A DNA stretch of 64,000 bases from Felis catus (Eukaryota). Each line of letters starts with the position of its first letter. The first letter of the stretch is position 1. The translations under genes and the position numbers were made by a program. The notes below the pieces were generated by a model. It had not been told where the DNA came from, ran no database searches, and worked only from the letters and a program-made list of their open reading frames with translations. This document shows, piece by piece, positions 12,045 through 22,789 of the stretch. The stretch spans positions 3,596,001 to 3,660,000 of the forward strand of contig NC_058372.1 of assembly GCF_018350175.1 (NCBI RefSeq). The letters run 5' to 3'.

Positions 12045-12655
12045 TTATTTTGGCATTTGGGCTAATGGGACGTATTGGCTACGTGACACCATAAGCTTTA
12101 TAGATCCTAGTTTTCAATTTACGAACTGAAGTAGTAGTCTTATCAAACAGGGTCCTATAGTTATAGCTAGGAAGAGGAAGATAAGGGGTCCGGCAAGGGC
12201 ACTCAGGAGAGTCGTTAGCCAAGGGGACCAGGAAAATAGAGACTCATACCAATTTTGATGAATTCCTCTTTGTTTTTCTCTTTCCTCTAGTCGTGGTCCG
12301 ATCTGACTCAGGCTCTGCTTGATGATTCCTGAATTATTGACATAAAAACAGCACTGTTCCCCAGGGGCCATACAAAGCCCTCCTTGTTGTAAAAATAACA
12401 GGCCCAGGCCCCTCCGATTCTGACGTACCACCTCAGCTAAAGAGTTTACAGATTCAGACAGTTTATCAATATTCCTTTCTAATTCTGATATATCCTGATC
12501 AATTTGTTTGCTTAGTAATTTGAAGTTCTGATCCCCTGTGACGAAAGCGGCGGTACTTACGCCAATGGATCCTGCGACCCCCCCAGTCCTACAAAGAGGG
12601 GCACTAGGATAGGAGAAATGGGTTCCCTCGTAAATCGAGACCGGGGAATGAAACC
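12045..12655 (-). pseudogene. env: env remnant: furin-site region plus TM
   Basis: RFTR|EPISPILVPLFVGLG fusion peptide, CKS-17-like VRQNRRGLGLLFLQQGGLC, CX6CC (CMAPGEQCC), membrane anchor. Frameshift in a G7 run (~12557-12565) and premature TGA at 12114; ancestral stop at 12045. Confidence 0.9.
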
Positions 12656-15600
12656 TAGGTGTTGGTTTGAGATTTCCGCCCATTGTTCATCTCCTAATTT
12701 TGGAAGCAAGGGAGGTGGTCTTCCAAATAGGATTTCAAAGGGGGGATGCCTCTTACGTAAGGTATACAGCGTACTCCGAGGAGGGCAAGAGGAAGGACGC
12801 CTACCCGGTTTTCGCCAGTTTCTGGAATTAATTCAGTCAAGGTTTCTTTTAGAGTTCTATGCATTCTTTCTAACGTGCCCTGAACTTTGGGGGTGGTAGG
12901 CACAATGTAATTTCCAATTTATTTGTAAGCTTTTGGCCAACATTTTAGATATCTGGGCTACGAAAGCCGGGCCATTATCTGACCCCAGACCAGTAGGGAT
13001 GCCAAATCGGGGAACCAATTCACTGAGTAATTTCTTAGCCACTATCTGAGCTGACTCTGTTCTCGTGGGGAAAGCCTCTACCCATCCAGAGAAGGTGTCC
13101 ACTAGAACGAGGAGATAATGATAGCCATAGGGCCCATGTCTCGTCTCAGTGAAGTCAAGTTCCCATAATTTCTCCAGGCATCTGTCCACGTAGTCGCCGT
13201 CCCGAAAAGTTAAACTTGGGAGATGGGTGAGTCTGAGCACAGGCTTTGCATCGGTCGACTAGGCTTTTTACAATTTTATTAAGGTTTGGAATAACATAGT
13301 CTCTTTGGGCTAGTTCAGACAACTTGGTTGCCCCTAGATGTGTGGGGCTGTGGGCTTGCCGGAGCAAGGTCCGTCCTATAGCTTCTGGTATGAAGATGCG
13401 TCCATCCTCGAGGTGATACCAATGCTGGTCATCTCTTTTTGCCCTCGAGGTTTTTATCAGGCGTAGCTCTTCTTTGGTATAAAATGGTTCCGTGGGGAGA
13501 AAGCGTGGAGGCAGCAGAGGCAAAATTTTAATCGGGAGAACATGTCTTTCTGCTGTGGCCTTGGCCGTTGCCATCAGCAATGGCGTTTCCTTTTGCTTGG
13601 GGTGAGTCTGCCTTTTGGTGGCTCTTGCGATGTATAATGGCCACCTTTTTAGGAAGCCATAAGGCTTCCAGTAGGGCCAGGATTTCTGTATTTTTTTTTT
13701 TATTAAATTTTTTTTTTCAACGTTTATTTATTTTTGGGACAGAGAGAGACAGAGCATGAACGGGGGAGGGGCAGAGAGAGAGGGAGACACAGAATCGGAA
13801 ACAGGCTCCAGGCTCTGAGCCATCAGCCCAGAGCCTGACGTGGGGCTCGAACTCACGGACCACGAGATCGTGACCTGGCTGAAGTCGGACGCTTAACCGA
13901 CTGCGCCACCCAGGCGCCCCAGGATTTCTGTATTTTTAATTTCCTTCCTTCCTGAAGTGAACGGTCCTCTTTCCTTATATAGAGCTCCAGGAACATGGGT
14001 GGTGGCAAAGGCATACCTCCTATCAGTGAAAACGTTCACCATTTTTCCCTTTGCCCATCTGAGGGCCTGGGCTCTAGCCATCAGCTCTGCTCTTTGGGCA
14101 GAAGTGTCAAGGGCTTGGGCCCCGATAACCTGGTCCTGAGTCACTACAGCTGCACCTGCGTGTCTGAGTCCATCTTTGACAAAACGGCTGCCATCAGAGA
14201 ACAGCTCGAAGTCCACCTTTGGCAGAGGTTGCTCTCTTAAGTCCCCCCTCAGTCCCGTCAGAGTACTCCCGGTTTCCAAGCAATCGTGGCGTGGGGCCTC
14301 TGAGTCGCCATCCGGCAGCAACGTGGCTGGATTTAAAGCCTCTGTCTTCAGGAAAGTGATGCGTGGACGGTCTAGTGGCGATACCTGATCCTGGAGGATT
14401 CGTGCGTTGATCCATCGGTCTGGTGGGGAGCGCAGCAGGGATGCTACTGCGTGAGGTCCTGTGATCTGAAGGTCTTGCCCAAGCGTTAGTTTGGAAGCTT
14501 CTTCAACCAGCATGGCAGTGGCGATAAACCGCTCTGAGGCAACCGGGCCATCCGGTGGCAACAGAGTCCAGCCGCTTGGACAAGTAGGCGACAGGTCGTT
14601 TCCAGGGGCCCAGAGCTTGAGTAAGGACCCCGGATCTCATGCACAAATAGTTGGAAGGGTTTGGTAATAGCAGGTGAAGCTAGGGCTGGGGCTTGGGTGA
14701 GGGCGCTCTTGATTTGCTCAAAAGCCCTATCTTCTTGTTCTCTCCGGACCATCTCAGTTCCTTCACCCCCCGTGGCGGAGTACAGGGGTTTTGCCATCTC
14801 AGCGAAACCAGGTAACCGGAGGCGGCAATACCCAGCGGCCCCTAGGAACTCCCTGATCTGCCTTTTAGTTGTGGGTTTGGCAATGTTGAGGATAGCTTGG
14901 ATTCTTTCCCGCCCCAGCGATCGCTTGCCTTCATGCAGTTGGTAGCCCAAGTATATGACAGAGTCCAAGCGAATTTGCGCCTTCTTTGCGGAAACTTTAT
15001 ATCCCAGGACATCTAATTCCCTTAGCAGGTCCTCCGTAGCCTTTGTGCAGCTAAGGAGTCAGTGGCTAGGAGCAAGTTGTCTACATACTGTAACAGCCTA
15101 ACATCTGGGTGGCTCTCCCGGTAGGGGACCAAATCCCTTCGAAGCGCCTCATCAAATAGAGTAGGGGAGTTTCTAAACCCTTGGGGCAGTTGAGTCCAGG
15201 TTAACTGTCCGTTGTAGGTTCCATCTGGGTCTGTCCATTCAAAGGCAAAAATAGGCTGACTGACCTTCGCAATCGGCAAAGCAAAGAATGCATCCTTTAA
15301 GTCCAGGACGGAGTAAAGGAGGTAATTTGGTGGGAGCTCACTCAGGAGGGTATAGGGGTTGGGGACCGTAGGATGAATTGTCTCCACCCTTTTGTTAACT
15401 TCTCTGAGGTCTTGTGCCGGCCTATACTCTGAAGTCCCAGGTTTTGGGACAGGAAGCAAGGGAGTATTCCAGGGGGAACGGCATGGCGTTAGGGTCCCAG
15501 CTTCTCGCAAGCGGTTGATGTGTTTGGCAATTCCCTCCCTCGCATGCTGGCTGATGGGATGGATATTGCCTCACCCGGACGGGGGTGGCTGTGGCAGCTA

Positions 15601-16135
15601 GCTGGATCACTAGCGGCGCTCCTTGAATGGCTAGTCCGGGGGCGGGGGGGGGGGGGTGGTTAGTTTCAGCCCGAGCTGTAGGAATTGTCTCTTTCCACTT
15701 TTCTATTAATGGAGAGGCTTTCCGCTCCAGTTTTTCCAGGAGTAGATATTCCTCTGATATAGGGCAAGTAACTAGAATGGCAGGTGGCTATAGGTTCAAG
15801 TCTGTAGAATTTCCGGTAAAGGAGATTTGGGCCTTAAGCTTGTGCAACAGATCTCTCCCCAGAAGGGAATATGGGCAATCCGGCATGAGCACAAAGGAAT
15901 GAGTAATAGTCCCTTGAGCTACGTCAGTGATTCGGGCACGAGTCCGCGGGTAGCCTTGCGTTCGTCCTGTGGCTCCCTGAATGTATACCTTTTCTCTAAT
16001 CACAGGTCCTAAGGGTTCTTTAAGAACAGAATACATAGCCCCAGTGTCAACCAGGAATCTGGTTTCTTTCCCTTCTACGTTGAAGGTAACCACAGACTCC
16101 TGGGGATTCAGGGAAAGAGGGGGGCTGTGGTGGCG
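12656..16135 (-). pseudogene. pol: pro-pol (PR, RT, RNase H, IN), multiply frameshifted
   Basis: FLVDTGA and LLGRDLL (PR); LPQGFRNSP and LQYVDN (RT, YVDD motif broken); LFSDGS and AELMA (RNase H); WELDFTE and GSDNGPAF (IN). Confidence 0.95.
13696..13920 (-). mobile_element. Young feline CanSINE inserted in ERV RNase H
   Basis: Full-length SINE with ~17-bp TSD AGGATTTCTGTATTTTT. Confidence 0.97.
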
Positions 16136-17657
16136 TCATTGTTCCTGGGCGACCAGGATGGGAGGCGTTTTGTTGAGGCATTTATCTTTCCAATGTCCTT
16201 CTTCCTTACAATAAGCACATTGATTTTTTTCCCAGCTTTGCTCGGGGTCCTTTCTGGCGGGGTTGAGGCCTTCCCTGTCCTTTGCTGTTGCCTGGGGGGT
16301 TTTCCCCAGGCTCCTACTAGGGCTTTCCCTATTTCCTTCCCTTGCATAATGGCAGGGCTGTCCCTGCTCTGAAAAACTCGCTGGGCTATTTCCACCAACT
16401 TTGAAATTACCTTTCCTTCGGATCCTTCTAATTTTTGGAGCTTTTTACCGATGTCTGGGGCCGACTGAGAAACGAAAGCCATATTAATGGTTTTACGGTT
16501 CTCTGTTGCCTCGGGGTCAATAGGGAATATAAGCGGTAAGCCTGGTAAAGCCTTTCTAGGAAGGCTGCAGGCGACTCATTCGGTCCTTGGACCGTGTCCT
16601 GAACCTTTGTCAGATCGGTGGGCTTTCGTGCCGCTGCGTGAAGCCCCTGTAACAGAATCTGGCGATGCTGGAGTAGACGCTCCCTACCGTTATCCGTGTT
16701 AGGGTCCCACTGGGGCGGCGCGGAAGGGAAAACGTGCTCAATTCTGTGAAGGTCTGTGGTAGGCATTCCATCTGGGCCGAGGACTGCTCTCGTGGCTTCC
16801 CGGGGCACTCGGGCCCTTTCCTTGAAGTCAGTAAGACCTGCAAGAGTTGGTGACAATCTTCCCAAGTAGGTAAGTGAGTGGGGAAAATAGAGCGCAATAA
16901 GTCAATTAGGCCCTGGGGGTTTTCAGAGAAAGGCGGGTTCTGAGTTTTCCAGTTGTAGAGGTCCGAGGTGGAGAAAGGAGTGTAGACAACCATCGGGCGT
17001 GTTGGCCGCCTGTCTGGACCGGGAGCCGGAGCCGTTTGCCTAAGAGGAAGGATGGGAACTGGGGCATCAGAGGACTGGTGTTCTCCTCTCTAGAGGGCTC
17101 CTGATCTGGTATGTGGGGGACTAGTCAAAGGATCTCCTGCGGCTTTTGGTTCCTGGGGAGCTAGTGGGGTCTGGGGATAAGGAGGTGGTCTCTGAGAATC
17201 GGATAACAAGTCCCTCCCTTCGGGTATCTCCTGAAGCACTGGGTAAAGCCTCTTTGAAGGCTGAGTAACGGGAAGCAAGGGTTTGGGAGTTTGGAGGAGA
17301 AGAGGAAGGGGAGTGGGAAAGGGAGATGCCGGATGACAGCTTCTGGCCCTGTTTCCGGCACTTTCTCGGCCAGGAAGGTGGGTCGTTTAGGAGGTCGACC
17401 CAAGTCACAGCATATGGCTCCTGGTCGGGATGAACATCATGACAAATCCTGCGGACGGCATAAGCAAGGTTAATTTTCTAGGAGCCCTCTGGGGGCCAGT
17501 CAACCCCAGAGAACGTCGGCCAGTCCAGTGGGCAACATGTCCGCAGCCAGGACGGCTTTAGGTTAAAGCCATAGTTCTTTCCTCTTTTTTTGAAACCAGA
17601 GAAGTTATTTAGCATGCATTTAAGGGGGGAGCAAGGCTCGGACGAAGACTGACCCAT
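16136..17657 (-). pseudogene. gag: gag (MA-p12-CA-NC), frameshifted
   Basis: MGQSSSEP start; LYPVL and PPPY late domains; [11 protein letters not shown] (CA); QGPNESPAAFLERL (MHR); single CCHC knuckle CAYCKEEGHWKDKC; TGA at 16136-16138. Confidence 0.95.
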
Positions 17658-17802
17658 GACGGAGGTTAAACAGTGGGTCACACCAGAGATAAAGATAGGC
17701 TAACAGGAAACGTTAAACGGGGCACACAGAGCACTGAACATAGAACGAATGGTTGGGGTGATCAAGCCCAACCCAGACGGTCCGGAGACCCAGATGGGGC
17801 TG

Positions 17803-17812
17803 GGACGTCTCC
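17803..17812 (-). promoter_or_regulatory. GACG tetraloop hairpin (gammaretroviral packaging-signal type)
   Basis: GGA-GACG-TCC in the leader between PBS and gag. Confidence 0.55.
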
Positions 17813-17923
17813 ACCAGACACCAGCTAGGGGGAAGTTAAGCTGCATCCAGCCTTCCCTCCGAGAATCAGATCTGGCCAGTAACAGAAAACAGAGAACAGA
17901 AAACGGAAAATAGGCGCCGCCTC

Positions 17924-17932
17924 GCATACCTT
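17924..17932 (-). promoter_or_regulatory. ERV major splice donor
   Basis: AAG|GTATGC about 105 nt downstream of the PBS, the usual gammaretroviral position. Confidence 0.55.
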
Positions 17933-18036
17933 GCTTAAGCCAGGTCTGAGAACGGAAGGCCGGGGCTGAGGAACGTGTCTCGGGAGCTCTCCCCTAGCTG
18001 TTCCGCTTCAGCCTCCGAATTTCGGGTGGTCATAGA

Positions 18037-18054
18037 ATCTCGGTGGAACCTCCA
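18037..18054 (-). promoter_or_regulatory. Primer-binding site for tRNA-Gln (CTG-type 3' end)
   Basis: TGGAGGTTCCACCGAGAT, 2 nt after the 5' LTR; exact complement of the tRNA-Gln 3' end ATCTCGGTGGAACCT-CCA. Confidence 0.93.
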
Positions 18055-18056
18055 AA

Positions 18057-18637
18057 TGAAACTGGGTGCTGTCGGAAAAAAAAAAACAAAAACCCACCAG
18101 ACACTGAATAGAAGCGAGGCAAGATTTTATTCACGGCCGGGCCAAACCTGATCTCCGGATCTTAAGGAGAAAAGTGTAGAGAATGGCCCCGAAAAAAGGT
18201 AGCAGTGAGCTTCTATGGATTTTAGCAAGTCAGAATAGGTCATTATTTAGTTACCCAATTGCAATTTACAGCATTTCATGGCAGCCAATTCTATTGTGAC
18301 ACACAGACCTTAGTTTTGGTGGGAACCTATCAATTTAAAGTTCTTTGTCCTAAGAGGGTTTAAAATGACCAATCGTAGTTAGACACGTGGGGCAGTGAGT
18401 TGGTGACTTTTTACATGTCGGTGTTGCCTAGGCCAGATCTTGGTAAAAGGGGTGGGGGAGCGTTTTGCAGCCTAAGGTATCTATTTCCCAAGCAGGCAAA
18501 GTTACAGCGACATAGGGCGGTCAATTTCCGTATTAGGGAACTACAAAAGCTATTATCGCAATTATTCATGAAAGGTGAGTTTAAGCTGAACTGATATACA
18601 ATAAGCTTTCTGATATCTTATAAGTTGACCTCTTACA
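18057..18637 (-). mobile_element. 5' LTR (581 bp)
   Basis: TGTAAGAGGTC...CCCAGTTTCA; differs from the 3' LTR by about 12 substitutions and 2 indels (manual count). Confidence 0.97.
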
Positions 18638-19301
18638 ACGTAAGTATATGAACAGGGATCTTTTCTGAGAGAAATATAAAACATACACTTTAAACATGAG
18701 CATAGAGAGCACCTCTGTTGGAGACTGGTAAAGGGAGGCAGGCGGTAGAAACACATTTACCAGCATCAACCACATAAGTGGTTTTCTCAGGTCAGAGTTC
18801 AATCGTGGCCACCAAAACTTTGTACTCTGCTCAAACTGTTACTTATTTATTCCAAAGTTTCCACTCTGGTAGTTGCAAAGATTTGGCGCTGGGAGGGCCC
18901 AGCAGATTGGTCTATGGCTTTAGCCACGTGGCCACAGCTCACTAACTAGAGCTTTTCTGAATTACATATAGAAGGAAAGAAAACGCCTTCTCTCGGCTTC
19001 CATCCCTGTCCTCACCCTTACACTCAGCTTATTTTAGCGTTTTCCCAGGTTCATAGGGCAATGGGACTGTCACGATCCCTTTGGCAAGCACTAGAAATAT
19101 GGCTTGTGGTGGGGGAACATCTTAATTAATGATAACTGAGTATCCATGACCGACGGTCTTTTTCTCTCTGGAGAATGTAAACAGTTTCATGTTTATTTTC
19201 AGGAAATAATTTTCACTCCAGAATGAAGCAAAACAGGCTCTATTTTCTTCCCCTAGTGTGAAACGAGGCTACAGGAACTAAAAAGGTGCAGGAAAAGCAG
19301 A

Positions 19302-19373
19302 TAGCAGAGGATGGTTTCGATCCATCGACCTCTGGGTTATGGGCCCAGCACGCTTCCGCTGCGCCACTCTGCT
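19302..19373 (-). tRNA. TRNAM-CAU: Initiator tRNA-Met(CAT)
   Basis: 72-nt canonical AGCAGAGTGGCGCAGCGGAAGCGTGCTGGGCCCATAACCCAGAGGTCGATGGATCGAAACCATCCTCTGCTA; T4/T5 terminators at 19293-19296 and 19280-19284. Confidence 0.99.
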
Positions 19374-20461
<1,088 letters not shown>

Positions 20462-20499
20462 NCGCCTCGGACCTTCTGCTACCTCCACAAGCATAAAAA

Positions 20500-20515
20500 G
20501 GCCCTTTTCAGGGCC
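20500..20515 (+). terminator. Histone 3' stem-loop (H4)
   Basis: GGCCCTTTTCAGGGCC then GCCCA; HDE-like AAAGATCTG downstream. Confidence 0.95.
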
Positions 20516-20639
20516 GCCCACGTTTTTCACGAAAGATCTGTAGCTTTTGGTTACTTTCTAGGAGTTCTGTGTTCTGTTGTTGGTCCAGGTTCCAAATGTG
20601 TATGAGAATTGTTAGTTGTCCGTTCTGTCGTGCCCTTTT

Positions 20640-21120
20640 ATCTTAATCCGAGGGCTTTTAACGTCGGGGCTTAGTTAAGCCGTGCTGTGGCTCTGCCGCA
20701 GTCGGCTTGTCTAAGCCTTGGGCTGCCCATCGTTTTGGGTGACAGACAAGGCCACATGGTATCGTCAGCATTTCCAAGGCGCTTCCTTTGTTCTCGAGCA
20801 CTTTCGAGTTTGAAGTCAGGTGGGTTTGGTTCTGGGATACTAGCAAGGGGATGCCCACGCGGGAGGGAGCGGGTGCGCCTTCCCTGCAGGGCTCCCGCGT
20901 CCAAGATGGCGGGGTCGGCGGCGGGAGGACGGCTGCGGAACAAAGACGCGTTCCCGCCGCCCGCCTGGCCCCGCCTCCGGCCCCGCCTCCGCCCCGCCCC
21001 TGGGCTGGGCTGCGCTCTGCCAGGCTCGCTCAGCGGTTCCGAAGGCCCCGGGGTCGTGCGCTGGGCGGCTGGGGGGTCAGATCTGGCAGGTGTTGCGTGG
21101 CCTAGCGGGCGACATTTTAT
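20640..21120. promoter_or_regulatory. Second CpG island downstream of H4
   Basis: YY1 motif AAGATGGCGG 20903-20912; tandem GC boxes 20967-21000. Confidence 0.6.
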
Positions 21121-21275
21121 GACGTATTATGAAAACCTCACGGAGATAAGGATGTTACTTAATGGTCAATATGTAAATGTCACCTAATTTTAAGGAGATG
21201 TGGTGGCATTTTAAAAACGTGTACATATAGGCATCAGGATATTTCACCCCAAATTGCTAAGCGTGGGGAGGGAAG

Positions 21276-22019
21276 TGATGAGGGAGCGTGGAGCGAGCTG
21301 AGGGCAAAATACAGGCTACCCCTCCCCCGCCCCCGGGTGGGATATATGTGACATTCCTAGGACACTCCTGGCTACCCTAGAACAAAGGAAGGGTGTAAGC
21401 GCTTGCCATAGTGATGTGGGAAGCTAAGGCAAGCGAAAAACTAAATTCCCTTATTGCCTACAGCCATTGGCAGGTCCTTGAAACCGGCAGTGACCTCCCT
21501 CTAGGAGCTCAGCTGGCTGGATGATGACACTTTGCTAGGGGCAAAAGAGCACCTTGGCTTAACATTATCCTGACCGCCCCCCACTCCCCACCCCTGAACC
21601 TGTAAGTCTACTTTAACCTATAAAAATTCCTGTGGAAACTTCCTTTATCTCAACTGCCCCAAGATATATGCTGACAATCATACTCTAAGCATGTGGCCCC
21701 CTGATGTGTATCTGAAGGGTCTCATGACTGAGGTTTTACTACACAGTGATAAATGGTGTTTCCCTAGCAACAGCTAGTCCCTCAAGGTCCTGGAAACCTT
21801 GCTGACAAAATTCCTTAAAGACTTTATCCCTGACCACCTTCCATCCTGAGGGTATATAAGAAGTTACCTGTCAGGACAGCTCTTCCTGCCCAGGGTCCTG
21901 TTCCCTGCTTTAATAAAATCACCTTTTTTTTTTTTTTTTTTTGCACCAAAGATGTCTTCAAGAATACTTTTTTGGCTGTTGGCTCCGGACCACCCCTCCC
22001 TCACTCGAAAATGTCATCA
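21276..22019 (+). mobile_element. Solo ERV1-type LTR (744 bp)
   Basis: Terminal inverted repeats TGATGA...TCATCA, 4-bp TSD GAAG, TATATAA 21853-21859, AATAAA 21912-21917. Confidence 0.85.
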
Positions 22020-22023
22020 GAAG

Positions 22024-22780
22024 TATTCCACTTCCTCCAGGGTCTTCCAGCTGGACTAAACTTTACAGGAGGACATACTAACAGGAGAAAAAAAAAAAAA
22101 TCCAAAGGTTTTATTACCTGCGTCCAGAGGTCCGATAAGGAATTTGAGGCCCAAACAAATGAATAATGCAGGGCAGTTTTTATACCTTCTAGACAGAGAA
22201 AATGCATTCGTGAGGAATGGACAGGATTAAAAACACACATTTGAGAGCTTTAATTAGTAAGGACTTTTAAGAGGAACTTGGCCTGACGTAGTACATTAGT
22301 GAAATTAACCAGGATTGTTTCTATAGCTTTCTTGGCTTTAAAGTTCTTATCTCTGGGGCGCCTGGGTGGCGCGGTCGGTTAAGCGTCCGACTTCAGCCAG
22401 GTCACGATCTCGTGGTCCATGAGTTCGAGCCCCGCGTCAGGCTCTGGGCTGATGGCTCAGAGCCTGGAGCCTGTTTCCGATTCTGTGTCTCCCTCTCTCT
22501 CTGCCCCTCCCCCGTTCATGCTCTGTCTCTCTCTGTCCCAAAAATAAATAAACGTTGAAAAAAAAAAATAAAGTTCCTATCTCTGGTGATAATGATGTGT
22601 TTTTACTTAGTCCAGTGAGGGGTTCCTTTTATATATGGTAGTTTTATTTCCACATTTTGAGGGGACCGAGGAGAGTCTAAGTGTCCTTGCATGTGCTTTT
22701 TCCCACGTAGCTTCAATTCGAAATAATACACCATCGTATATTTTGGACAACTTGCCCTTGGCCCTCTTGTTAGCTAGTGA
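22024..22780 (-). mobile_element. MER34-like LTR relic interrupted by a SINE
   Basis: ACAGGAGAAAA and TAGCTTCAATTCGAAATAAT motifs shared with the LTRs at 42.1 kb and 50.0 kb. Confidence 0.45.
22355..22570 (+). mobile_element. Young feline CanSINE
   Basis: Full length; TSD AAAGTTC(T/C)TATCTCT. Confidence 0.96.
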
Positions 22781-22789
22781 ATGTAGGGT

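Larger units (their letters stand above)
11405..18637 (-). mobile_element. Gammaretrovirus-like (class I) endogenous provirus, defective, env SU deleted
   Basis: Two TG...CA LTRs, 4-bp TSD ACGT (11401-11404 and 18638-18641), PBS, PPT, and recognisable gag, pro, pol and TM remnants. Confidence 0.97.
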
